From Lepidodermella squamata (taxonomy: Eukaryota; Animalia; Gastrotricha), in assembly GCA_047495785.1 (NCBI GenBank), contig JBLDXI010000002.1:2418001-2482000 (forward strand): 64,000 nucleotides of DNA, in the 5' to 3' direction. The translations under genes and the position numbers were made by a program. Position 1 is the first letter of the stretch. Each line of letters opens with the position of its first letter. Of this stretch, positions 51,601-64,000 are shown piece by piece. The notes beneath the pieces were generated by a model. It did no database searches, was not told the DNA's origin, and worked only from the letters and a program-made list of their open reading frames with translations.

Positions 51601-53242
51601 TGTTGGGCCGTTGTTGCACGGCTGCCATGAGGCGCCACAGCTCGGCCGGCGAGTAATTGCCAGGTGATGACGTAGTCTGTTGTTGCGGGTTAAAAGCGTG
51701 GCAGTTGATCATCGACTCAGCAGCGGTTTTTTGGCGAAGTTGCGCCAACTCGAGTTCGGACGGTTTCGCCTCGTGTATAGCGACAAAAGCGCTGTTAGGC
51801 GTGACGCAGGGCGCCGAATTTCGGTGGTTCTGCGCCTTCGCCACGGGTGATGACGATGAGGGTAGGCTGGGCCCGGGCGAGTCGCCTTGCGCGCCAGCTT
51901 TCGGCTTTTGACGCCGGCGGAAACGGAGGAGAGGCGCGGCGAGTAGCCGGTTTTCAGCGCGTAGTTGCTCGACATGGCGATGCGTTTGAATGCGGCGCAA
52001 ATATGAATGGCGCCCGGTTTTGCCGCCCTCCGTCGTCATGCCCATCTCCTGGCACAGGTCGAAGCGACATTTTTTGCACTTGCGACCCAGCGCCTGAATG
52101 CGGCACCGGATACCGGTCGATTGCGCGTTGAAACACGTATAGGTCTGCTCGAGGTTGTGAGTCATGGTACGGCGGAAAAATCCCTGAAAAAAAATTGCGT
52201 AAAATCCAATTTTCAGGATATAAATAGTAACATATTATTTTTATCATTCGCAAACAAAAAAAAATTAATTTTTCAGATCGTCCCCGACATTGATCGATAA
52301 ATCTTTATTGGTGTCAGAAATTAGGTCTTATCAATTTTTTTTGCCCTGATATGGAATCGACACATTGGAACCCGTCTTAATACAGGCTGATCCTTTACAA
52401 AAACTCAAGACAAAAAATGTCCTTAGTTTATTATACGAGGCAAAGCATGCCATTGAAATTTGAGGATCAGCTGTAAAGCCACGTTCTACGCCTCCGCAGG
52501 TATTTTTTTCCTCAACTGACGAAATAGGGTAAAATTTTGAACCCGTAAAATGGATAAAGTGTTCCATGAAGGTAATAAAGAAGGACAATTTCGAGGCCAA
52601 ATACTGACACTAAAGATTAGCATCAATTTAATGAGTCTAGTGAGTGGGTCGGAAAAAAGTTTAAAAACTGAGATGACTCACTTTACATCCTTCGCAGCTG
52701 ATTACTCCGAAATGATAGCCACTAGATGATGCGCCGCAGATTTGACACGGAACGAGGCGTAGGTCGACGGACCATCTCACAGAGCCAGGGTTGCCACCAG
52801 CTGAACCCGGGCTGTGATGCGGGGACTGAGGGCTGAGCGCCTCGGGTTGTTCCAGTTTCAGTTCGGCCTTATCGAAGGACGGCCAGGCGTAGTCGTGACT
52901 TTCCGGGTCGATTTCCGCATCGCTGGCCACGCACAGGTGCGATTCTTCATCGTCCGAAGCAACGTCCGGGATTATTTCGGCCTCAGTCGAGGAGCAGGCT
53001 GCAGAGCCTGGGCGTACCAATAACGCCATTGGGGTTACATCCGTTTGGTCTGAAATTCTGTTTTCCTCGTTTTCAGGCAACGGGGAGGTGGTCGTCTGAT
53101 TTTCCTGCCCAACGTCAACTTGCGGCGGTATTGAGTTCAACATCGCTGCCATTTGATGTTTAGGCGACGGCGGCGAGTCAATGTGACCACTGATATTTGG
53201 GCTGTCTTCTAATGGCCATGAAGCGTTTTGTTCAACATTCAT
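48652..53242 (-). CDS. Divergent nuclear hormone receptor (NR1-type P-box), ~4 coding exons
   Basis: DBD CQICGASSSGYHFGVISCEGCK|GFFRR...C...C...CKKCRFDLCQEMGM...GRHS. The last exon (49957-48652) splices in frame and has degenerate LBD signatures (LQYVRSLFGH...DRNLL; MTITEFAIMCGMLFF..E.RGL). The acceptor near 51280 is uncertain. Confidence 0.82.
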
Positions 53243-56200
53243 GTGTTCCTTGAAAAAAATTGAGATGAATGAGGTTATTAGAGTAATTGGCCTGAAAAAT
53301 GTCCCAGTGACCCGGGGGACATATGTGAAAAGGCGGACGTACCTGCATCGAAGTTTCGATTTTCTACCAAAACAACACTGCTTCGCGATTTAAAAAGCGG
53401 CGATATGCGCCGGTGTGTCGATCGAAGTTGCGCGGCGGGTTTGGCGCGAAAAACTGTCTAATAAACGTGAAAAATCTATAAAAGAGCCAGAAACGGAGTA
53501 TGTAGGCTATGATGCACGCGCAAAAAGTGAATAATTGTGTTTTAAGCAGGTTTTTTGATACACAATTGAGTACAACACGGTGCTTATTGTAATATTGGTT
53601 TTAATAATAATAATAATATAACAAGAAAAGGCCTGGTAATTGTAATAATATATGATAAGGGCTAGAATTATAGGTAAAAGCATACTGAAGGTATTATTTA
53701 TAGCTCAACTATTAGCTGCTATCTGTGAAGAACATGGCCGCGTGAAACGGCGGCGGGTGCAACTTGGCGAGTTTACTACAACAGCTTGTGGCCCCAAAAG
53801 TCTGAAAAAACGTCCTACTTAATTTTCCCATGCGTGCGCGCGCGCACATGTTTGCTATTATTATTTTTTTTACCTTGAAATTTTTTAGTGGAGCGGCCGA
53901 CGCACCGGCGTGCTCTCTCTGTTAAATACTACCATGCTTGTCAGCGCATTAATATTAATAATTTTTTATCACAACTATAAACTCGACCATTATTTACACG
54001 TAAATAAAGCCGTAATAATAAGTTTTATACGCGAGTTTGGGACAATTCTATACTCTGTAGCCGTCATCACCCGTTACGCGGGCAAGCCTTCACGTATGAT
54101 GTGATGAAAAAACGTCATGTAGGTTGAATAGTACCTACAAACATAAGCACCTATATATTCTCATACCACAAAATGGCTTTTTTTTTTACCTAGTAGGTGC
54201 TTTCAGGCTGTTCCACTAAAAAAAACTCTCAAGTTTTCGAATGAAATTCGGCTGCGCAAATATGAGATGAAAAGAGAAGCAGACGGTACGGATCTAAAAG
54301 TACGCGGGCACAGACAGTTTGAATCAATAGAGAGGCGGACAAAAAAATTGGGCAGTTGGTGGATAAACTGGTTCAATTTAATCAAAAAGGTCCGGCTTTT
54401 GCTCAGATGCGCGATTCAATGGCTCGCAGCAGGGTCTGCAATCTTAATTACAATTCTAATAGACAAGCGAGAAATGAAAATTATTGCTATGGACAGAAGG
54501 AGGACGTAAGTCGCAAAAAGCGGGATAAAAATAGCAAGTATAAGGTGAACCCATCTATATTGCGTGAGCACCTAAAAGTATTTCATTTGCGCAGGTAGGC
54601 AGCTATCCATTTTAACCCTGTTTTAAAGATAGCCATAGGTTCAGCACTCGTATAATTCGATTGCCGCGCGAGCGCATTACGGCAAATCAGAACGCCTGTC
54701 ATTGTGTGTGGTAATCAAAACAAAGTTAGCGAGATTAAGTAAACCTGAAGCCTAGCGACCGCTAGGCGTGTCCGAATATAGCAGCTATAATAAATCGGTC
54801 GACCTAGATAGACACTAGATTGACGCATATAGACATTTTTGAAAAAAGTAGGCTTTATCGGCGCGCGCTGCTTTCGTCATCATCATCGCAATGCACGGGG
54901 AAGGTATTTAGGTGGGACACGCAGCCGAGCCGCATATCGACCGTAAATTTAATCCTGGACGTCGAAAAAGTTGCGTTTTTGCGTGATCCGAATGAACCTA
55001 GATAAGACTTTCACGGCAGAACTGGGATTAAAAATAAATAGCAGTTTTTGTTCACAATTTAGGACGAGGCTAAGCAAAAGACTGCCGCGTAAATCGTTGG
55101 GGATAAAAAATTTCCATCGCTGAAAATAGGAGATATCGACCGGGGCTGAATTAGGTTTGGCTTGCCCTATATACTTTGCGTTGTTTATGAAATAATAATT
55201 AGGCTGGCAATTACGGATGAGCTGAAATTATGATGTGCGCGGAAAACCGTACTGAACCTCAAATTCAAAAGGCGGTTTTCAAGCTGATTAAATCTACGAC
55301 TGTCACCCGTTGCAGGTTACCCTTCTCCGCACTCAGCAAAAATAGCAGACTAGTCGGTGACTGAATCCCTCACTCATCACTGGGACTGGGGGCGTGTTGA
55401 AAAGAGTTGAAAACCGGAGAAAGGGAAACTTGAGATTTATCAAGCTTATAGCATGAAGGAGGTGAAATTTGACTCTGGAAAGGCGACTGAAGCCATCAAC
55501 TCAGAAACATTTGTCCGAGTAGTTCTACGCAAATTTCTCTAGCGAATCGAGGACGGGGGATGGCGAGAAATCAGCGCGTGTGTCGTACAGCAATAGTAAG
55601 TACTAGCCGCTTATTATGCGCTCTATCACACTGGCGATGTCCCCCCCGTAAAAAAGCTATACTGCGAAATATTGGGGTTAGCGCAGGTGCGCGTGCGGCG
55701 TGTCGATTTTTGTTCCTTTCCAGAACTCCGGACAAGTGACGAAAATAGATCAATCGATGGCGATAGCGCGAAATTCGCCCGCAAAAGTATTGATGTGTCT
55801 GTGCCGTAGCCTAGTTGCTTACGCGTTGCCGTGTTCGAAAGTATATAACCCAGACTTCGAGACAAATTCCTTCGGTGAGGTTCAATACCAATATAGTTGA
55901 TCTATAAATTCGGACAAATTGGCAAAATTGGCATTTTTAGGTTTTTATTAATTGAATAAAAAATGTCCTGGAAATTAGCGCTCGAATAATATTTTCTTAA
56001 ATTAGAAACGGTAACACGCCGAATTCAATTATAGTTAATCTAGCGAAAACTTGGACTTTGTACTCATCGAACGGGTTGGTTAGAAGGGACAACCATTTAG
56101 GTCGACCTAGTTTTAATGAATTTGAACGCAGGAAAAACATCGCATTCGTGCGGCACGCAAACCAGCAGTGCAACAAATGAAAAAAGCTAACTAATATTTT

Positions 56201-57422
56201 AGATTGTCTAAGATTAAGTGGAGAATGTTATGTTTTAGCAGATTTTCCACCGAGTTTTTTTCAAACTTGAAATAACCTACGCTGGAAATGACTAAAAATA
56301 TACTCGGAATCGTTAAGAAAATTACGAGGGACATTTAACAAGCACTGGAACAAAGCAAAACTATAGTAGCGTCGGTTCCAGCTTGGAGTCGGAGTTAGGA
56401 TAATTACAGTGGATGCTATTAATTCTCTTGTGAAAAGATGAGCAGTAAATATTCACCAGTTGTCCCATTGAAATGCACGAAAAGATGCAAGCTTTTACGG
56501 TACTATATAGCGCGGCACACTGCTTTATTGGACGAAATAATTTTAATAACTAGGGTTGATCGGTATAAGACAACCTACTTGGGTGAGTGACATATGCAGT
56601 TCCATTTTCACAGACGCTGAGTAGGCGCGGAATGTGTTTAAAATTATCCCTAGTTTTAAGGATTGATTCACTTCGTCCACCGGACAGTTCGAATTAATAG
56701 CGCACCTTTCATATTAGGTTGGATACTGAGAAAAAAATTCGCTTCTGTCTTTTAGAATTTGATACTTTCGCGTTTATTCATTTTTTCTTTCCCGAAAAAC
56801 TATAAATTATAAATTATTATAATATTATAAATAGCAATATTGTGTTATTACATAGCAAAGAATATCAATAATCAGCGCGGTAGAAAGTTGCATACGAAAA
56901 GCGAGCAACAATAACAAAAAAACGTCATGTTTCGAGGAAAAGTCGATGATATATATATTATTAAATATGTAGGTTGTATTATTTTCGGTCCCCAACAGCG
57001 CGCGAAGCTGCGCTGCAAGGCCGGTTTTCATTTCGCATCGCAGTGCGCGCATGCACCTGCGCAAATATTACAACACATCGGCGAAAAAACACAGACTTTT
57101 CATCATCGTCAAAATATTATATGCGATGATTATTGGAAAATCTAGCACACTCGCAGCTTTCACCACCTCTCGCACTGAAATGCGCACTGCAACCCGGACG
57201 TAGCCGCGTTGATAGGAGACATTTTCAAGTTTATCCGCGGCAGTTGAAATCCATAGACAGCGCATAATAAGTTTATCACACGAATAAGATACTTTTAGCA
57301 GTCATGTATATTAATAATAAGTTACAGAAAAGTAGCTGTAGCTTGAAATGTGATACACCGCACACCGCACGGAATATGAATCATCGAATTAAGACAAAAC
57401 AGGGTTATTTCAGGTACACACA

Positions 57423-58400
57423 TCACCACGGCCGCCAGACTGAACCCGAAGCTGCTGCAACAGCGGCTGCTAGGCTGCGGACGAGGGGTGGCGATGCACA
57501 GGACGAAGATGCTAACGACGAAGAGCCGGATGAAGAAGAGGGCGATGGAGTTAACGGCGAGTGCCTTTCATTCGAAGACGAAGGCTGCGACATGGGTGTA
57601 GTCATCGCTAGAAGTTGCTCAAATCCAGACGGCACTGGTGAAGATGGGGATGGGGATGAAGTTGGCGAAGATGTCTCGTTATTGATTCTCGAAGGCGATG
57701 AATTGACAAGGGAAAAGGCGCTCGCGAACAGTTGTTGCTGCTTTTGTTGTAACAAGCATTGCGCAAGTGTCGCTAGGAGTTGCTCATTCGCTTGTTGAGG
57801 TTCCGCCTTGACCGGTGATTGCGATTGATCCATCGCCATGCTCGAACTAGCAACTACGTCGAGGCCGACCTTGCAGTTCGATAGATGCTCGACTAGCCTC
57901 GAGCCGGTTTGTTCGCTTATTTCCGACTTGCTTTGCGGCGTTTCGGACACATAACGCGCAACCTCAGCCGCACATTCAGTGAAACCAAGTCGATATCTAC
58001 GAAAAAATTATTTAAAATATGTTTGTAAATTAACGTTCAATTAGCTAATTACCTTGTCATTACAGTTGGGTCGACAACAGCAGCTCGACCCATTTGGTCT
58101 CGCTGAACAGTGCGAAGATATTTGACAGTAAGTTCGAGAATATCGGCTTTTTCTAATTTCGAGTAGTGCGTGTTCTATTAATAAAAAAAATCGTAATTTT
58201 AATGCGTTATTAAGGAGGATTTTTTGTAAACTTACGCTCTTCCTCGTTGCTTCTAGGACTAGCTGTTTCAGCTCTGTGAGGCAGCGATTGATGCGTTCCC
58301 GGCGTTTCTTCTCCATCAGGGGTTTGTTGGCTTTACGAATTTTAAAAGCCGATGACTGTTGGCTTGAAGACGACGATTGACGGTGAGCCAAGTGGGCCAT
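57423..58400 (-). CDS. hes: Hairy/Enhancer-of-split (HES) bHLH-Orange repressor, 3 exons
   Basis: RKANKPLMEKKRRERINRCLTELKQL; SKLEKADILELTVKYL; Orange domain YRLGFTECAAEVARY...RLVEHL; C-terminal WRPW. Confidence 0.96.
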
Positions 58401-58601
58401 TTTCAGTGATAGTAAAATCAGAATAACTCTAAAAAGGAAGAGAATTGTTAAAATGTTGAGGCGATGTTGAAGGCAGGTCGTAAAAGTGACTTCTGTCGCG
58501 GCTAATGACTTGGCGAGTGGCGCGCGCGAGGTGTATTTGCCCGAGAGTGGCACACATAAGCCGACGAGTGGACTTGACGCCACGTCGCTTGTTGTTGGGC
58601 G

Positions 58602-60244
58602 TTCCCACACGCGCACAAACACAGGGCGAAGCGCGGCCGTGTGCAAAACTCTTGCGCGCGCCCGTGTGCGCTGATTGGCCGCATCGCGCCTCGCACGGCC
58701 GCAAACCTGATACCGCGCGGCAACAAGTGGCCAGCGCATTCCCACGCCCGTCAAATTGCGCCTACAGGCGACAATAAAACAGCGACAACGCTCGTCATGT
58801 GCGGCTCCGGCGCCGCCGCTGCCGAACGTGGGAAGGACAACGCGTGCTGGCGTAAAACTATCGCCTTAAACCGCTACTGCATATATAGCTTTAATGCGAT
58901 GACACTACTACTACGTCGAGACTTTTCGCAAATAAGACATCATGGTTCTCGCGAAGATCGAATTCTGCTATTATGACGTGGAAAAAAATGCTATTAAATG
59001 TTCGCACGTGCCAGGGAAAAAGTGCGCACTTTCGACATGAAAGGCTACGTGCTCAAGATGTAAAAACTTTCGTTTAGTTACAATAACGATGCAGGTGGGG
59101 TGCGCGAGCAGTGAGATAGCAATCGGCGCAAGGTGAATTGGAAGCAGAATCGCGCTGTGATTTCAAGATGCTACTGAGATAAATGGTCGCGATAGTTATC
59201 GCAGCGGCGAAAGCGAAAACAGAACCTCTCTGCGCCCGTGTTTTTCAAAGATGCGCCGCGCCTGTATGGTGGTAGTTGGCGACCCGTAGCCAGGCTCGCG
59301 ATTTAGCACGTGCGCACGCGGTTAATTGCTCCGCGTGTGGATTAGGCCGCGGCGCCCATTTATGATTGCGTAAAAATCGTTTTGCGCGTGCACAAGCCAT
59401 AAAGGGCAGATGATCGGCCGGGGCACGTGGCCGGGCGCTGATGGGCGGCAGCGCCTTTCTTGTACCGCCGTGATTTGCGGCCGCCGGCGACGATCAGCAC
59501 GCGTAATAGCCGTCGTGTCAAAGGCGCTGACTTTGACCGGTGACGCGCGGATGTTTGTGCGTGTCATCTGCTGCTCGACGACGACGACTTTGCGGTGCCG
59601 CGGGTAATCTTCACGAGCGACAAAGGAGCAGGACAACAGAAGTCGTTTTCCGCGGTATTTACGTTAAAAGACGCGTGAAAAATGCGGAAGAGGCACACGT
59701 CTGGTTCCGCGCCCGGTTCCGCGAGCCTGATGCCTCGGCAACTTGATCCTTAACGCCAACAAAATGTAGGTCATCCGTGCGTCAAGTACTTACCTGGGCG
59801 CTGCTCTCGGCAATCTCGCATCTCATCACGGCGCGCGAGAGACAACACGCTCAGGCGACAATATTATTATTATTACTAGCCACACCATGCGCAGTATATA
59901 GTATATAGGCAGGTACTGCTGACAATAAACAACAACAATAAAGACGGCTTAACGAGCCACTCGCGCACCTGCGAGTGTGTGACTTGCCTATGCCACTGGC
60001 GTACGAACACGGCTAATAATCGTTTTGGCGTTGTCGCGCAGCATGACTTTTTGCGGCGGCGGCGGCAACCAATGTTTTGGCGTCGACACGAGGCAAAGCT
60101 GCGATTACCCGCCGTTCGGCGCACTCGTTCTGCAGCGCGCGCTAAACACTGTGACATGTACACCATAGAGCACGTTCGATGAGCGGTCGCGAGTGGCCGT
60201 CTCCGGAGCAATAACAAAACCGCGTGTGCCGTCTCGCGTGGGAA
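58602..60244. promoter_or_regulatory. HES upstream region with CSL/Su(H) sites and bHLH-repressor sites
   Basis: YGTGGGAA matches at 58602-9 (-), 58739-46 (-), 58827-34 (+) and 60237-44 (+); CACGCG at 58608; GCACGTG at ~59004, ~59306 and ~59422; CCAAT box ~58674. Confidence 0.6.
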
Positions 60245-61366
60245 ACAAGTCAATCGGCGAACGTGCCCGCGGTCAAGATCTCGAGCGTTTTGACTTGTGC
60301 CGCGCGCCTAACCTCCTGGCACGGAGTCAATAATTTGTCGGTGCGCGCTCGCTGCGGGCAAACAAATCGGACGACAGCGCAGATAATAAAGCAATTACAA
60401 GAACAACACAGGAGCCGGCGAGTGCTAATAGCGCATGATGTGGAAGCACGCCCAAGTGGAAGCACGTAACCCCGGCGCGGACACCGTGCCCTTCGGCGGA
60501 TGCTACATCGAAGGAGGATTGCTCTTGAGATAAGATGACATTTTGTCAGGTAGACACATCTTAAGCAGAAAGGCTAAAGTCACCGCGCCGAGGTCAAAGC
60601 GAGGGCGGCGGAATCGCCCATTCCATCGGCGAGCTGCCAGAATAAAAGTCTCGTCGCCCAGGCAATTTTCGCCTCGCTGCTCATATTATAACAAAAAAAA
60701 CTGCGCGTAATTAAGTCATCGGCCTCGCCTCCTACTACAACCACAACCCACAAAATAATTTTCACGCGTGAGATATCGCAAAAGTTGGGAATCATTGAAA
60801 AGGAGATTCAAGTGCGTTGTATGTCCATTTCTGAGCTTTTGAGATAGTCGAATATAATTGTAGTTGGTCATTTGCTGCCGACACGTGCCGTCGATGGGCG
60901 CCAAGATCTGCAGGGTGTCATTATAGGCCCTAGGTAATTACTGGTTGATACGTCTCCTGACAACCTGTGATAAGGTTACTGTGATGAAAGTAACAATTAT
61001 TTCTATACGTTGTCAATTTTTTTCGATTTTATTGAGAACATTAAGAGCCTGATTTCACAATTTTTGTGGGACATTTGCATCAGGTTAGATACATTATTAG
61101 GAAGACGAATTGCCATTGATCAAGAAAATTGCATAGGTTTTCATCAATTTGCTTGTTCGTCTCAGGATAAACCGCCATTTTCAGGGATAATCCAGCGATG
61201 AGTCACGAATGACCACTCTCTACAGCAAAAAATACATTAGAATTTGACGATTAATTTTACAGAAAGGACAGCTTTCAAGACGCATAGGAGAAAGTGAAGA
61301 AATAGCCAGAAAAATAGAACAGGATGAAAACCGGAAATGAATGACACAGTGAAGTAAGTATAGATA

Positions 61367-62643
61367 TTACACAGCAGAATGCTTAGCAGTGTCGAGGAAA
61401 CTGACTTTCGGCGGGCGGGTCAAGCTGTTTTGGCGATAACTACTAATACTGCTACTTCGCCTTGACGAGGATTGCGGGGGTGGCATTAACTGCATCGGCG
61501 GGGCTTGTTCCTGTATATTTGAACCCAATATCTCGTAAGCAGGGGGATTGCTAGCTGAAGTTACCGATGATACTGCACCGCTTATTGCTGACATCGGAGT
61601 AAACCCACCGTCTATCACGATTTCAGGGGTAGCAGCTGACATGAACAGCCCGGACGGAGCCGCTGAAAATAAATTATCATAAAATCTCCCGAAATTTCGA
61701 ATAAAATCCTATATACCAGTTGTACCAGATCCTCGGGAGTCTGTGCGGAGAAGAGGGAGATTCGGGGTAGAGGCGAAACCTAACAAAGGAGTTCGGGCTG
61801 CATCCTCTCTCTCAGCCTGGTTTTTCGATACCAAGCTGCTGTATTGGTGCCCTTTATTGCCCTTGGCCTGGGTAGCAGATTCGCTCTCTTCTTCAAACGA
61901 AAAATTCTGAGGTTCCGATTCGCTGAAACACGCCTCGCAAGCTCCGCATACAACAATTAAAGCCTTCGTAAATTAATCGTTAAAAATTCTAGAAAATTCT
62001 CGAAAATAAGGTTATACCTGACCAACGATTCCTATCACAATGACAAGTACCAGCAGTGATATTGCTGCAATTAATTGGACCTCATGTTCAGCGTGTTCAT
62101 GCGACGGTTTTTTGCCGCTCGAGACAATCGATTGTTCGAGGGTCAAACCGCCATGAGGCGGGCCACCATGCGCGTTGTGGCCGCTGCTGGCGATATCAGC
62201 CAGAACTGCGGTGTCCTCGTGACTACCAGCCGCTGCTAACATTGGCAATAACCGCGAGGCCCTAGTTGAAACTGTTGTCGCTGCTGTGAGCATCCAAGCG
62301 GCTGACGCTGCTCTCGCCTCGTTGCTAACCACCGCCGGTCGACTCCTGTTTTGCTTCACCTGAGTTTCGGTGTATGAAAATGACGCTGATGCGATGATTC
62401 CGCCATCACGCGGCGACCCAATCATTTTCGGCTCTTGTCGAGGTGTGTAGTAACCTCGCATGCTATTGATCATGATAATTGTTTTGCTCTCAAAATTGCG
62501 ACTATATTTAAAATTGAAAATTTTTACCGCGTGTTGCGTATGCGGGCCGCAGTAGACGGAGTACTAGTGCCCCAACGGGAGTCGGCGTCACCTGACGGCA
62601 ATCGAAACGTTCCATTCTCGTAGAAATTTACCTGACTAATCAT
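61367..62643 (-). CDS. Uncharacterised single-pass membrane protein (~4 exons)
   Basis: Exons splice in frame: MISQVNFYENG...NTR|KTIIMINS...; TM VQLIAAISLLVLVIVIGIVGQ|ALIVVCGACEAC; the tail has PPAY, KVSF and terminal HSAV*. The start codon is uncertain. Confidence 0.65.
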
Positions 62644-63614
62644 TATCGATGTCAATACGTCTCAAGGGCCATTGTGACGCTATATAACATCTATGATTAA
62701 TAAATAAAAGGTGCAATTAGTGGGCATGCAAGGTCAGTTTTCAGCGGTAATAGAAGAAAATACTGACCAGAGCGATGACAAAAAAAACCGCACACGACAT
62801 TTGAAGGAATGACATTATTATTGTGCGTCGAATAACAATTATTATTTTCCTTCCGCCTTGATCGATTGTGATGTTGTCGAATAATTAATAAGAAAGCAAA
62901 ATGTCGCGTCGGCTTCGTTTACTTTTATGTCACCTGCGATGCTTGCCGGCTGTATGGTTTTCCACCACCATTTCCTACACTGATGCGATCAATTGTGACC
63001 GCGCGTGCGCCGGGCGGGCGACAAAAGCCATAAAAAATGGCGCAGAGCATACAAGAAAGTGTGCGTGATCCCATAAATATGCTCATGCGATACATTTTTG
63101 CGCAAATAATTGTTTTTACAGGCGAATAAAGTTATTAGGCGTCACGTTGGTCTCGTGCGTAATTTTGTTATAATATCTTGACTTGCGCGCCAAAAAATTG
63201 GCCTCGGTACAAAGTTATTGCATATTATTTGGAATAATTTGCAGCTTAAATGCTCATCTCATGGGGTCAGAAAAATGTGAGAAAATAGAAGGAACATACG
63301 CCACAAAAAACCGACTGTCTTTAAGTTGCATTCCGATTTATTTCCTGATTTGACGATCGTGAAGCTGTTCAGGTGTCCACAAATTTTCGATATTTTTCCT
63401 TGTCAGTTCTATTAATAATAGCACCGAGAAAGTGCTATCCGTTCTCCTTTTGTTTATTCATCAATTCAGGCTAAACAGTTGAGATTGGATTCGGTAAAAC
63501 CGCCCTCACAAAAGATGCAACAGCTAATAAAACGTAAATATTTACTGCGAAAGATTGAGAACAAACCCTGGTGCATCGGCCTATATCAATCGTGGCTATT
63601 TGTTGGCTGCGAAA

Positions 63615-64000
63615 ATGAAATTTCGGCTGATTTTCGTAGGCTTGATATTGAAAATTGTGAAGACCTCTTCATCAGATGTATCTTCGGCGCTTTTTTGTGA
63701 ACCTATCCAACAACTTCAGCCGGCAGTATGCGCCAATGCTATCGACTACAACGTCACTATTCGACCGAATCTATTCGGCCATATCAACCAAGAAGAAAGT
63801 CACAAAGCCGTAAAAAATCATGCGATTTTCTTTATTATTGATAAAAATAGATTTTTTTCGTAGTTACTCGAATATGGGAAGTTGTTCGGAAATGCCGAAA
63901 CCAGTTGTTCGGAACTTTTCGAACTCTTCGTCTGCGCCCTGTATCTACCGCAATGTGTGATTGTCGACGAGCCGGCCGATCAGCCGGCAATTGCTATGAA
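63615..64000 (+). CDS. Frizzled-type cysteine-rich domain protein (sFRP/Frizzled-like), 5' part only
   Basis: Signal-like MKFRLIFVGLILKIVKTSS; CEPI...C...YNVTIRPNLFGHINQEE; intron ~63810-63862; then CSELFELFVCALYLPQC. Runs off the window. Confidence 0.85.

Noticed and set aside
53300-57300. Short ORFs or ncRNA between the nuclear receptor and HES
   Set aside because: No recognisable coding or RNA-family signature by eye.

Overview
Gene-dense invertebrate (metazoan) genomic DNA with short spliceosomal introns, mostly ~45-60 nt; I cannot identify the species. Nearly all genes are on the minus strand. (1) 1-26 kb holds three tandem paralogues of a large secreted mosaic protein: signal peptide, astacin-like domain, EGF, CUB, kringle, short Cys modules and five C-type lectin domains (CTLDs). 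All three astacin domains have lost the Zn ligands, catalytic Glu, Met-turn and propeptide, so they look like pseudoprotease lectins. A smaller related lectin gene lies at 26.9-28.2 kb. (2) A CHST/HNK-1ST-family sulfotransferase has its first coding exon split by a 2.8-kb TIR element carrying nested repeats. (3) Next come a stomatin, a galaxin-like dicysteine-repeat protein, a probably GPI-anchored LRR protein and an LRMDA-like gene. (4) Below the ORF-track cutoff is a cluster of three paralogous 44-aa, completely uncharged single-TM microprotein genes (46.7-47.9 kb); one has an intron, and a 79-aa TM ORF diverges from them. (5) The window ends with a divergent NR1-type nuclear receptor, a Hairy/HES gene with CSL sites and a 3'UTR K-box, an uncharacterised TM adaptor-like gene and the start of a Frizzled-CRD gene. 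Best candidates for new biology: the microprotein triplet and the dead-astacin/kringle/multi-lectin family. Exon boundaries were read by eye; no searches were run.
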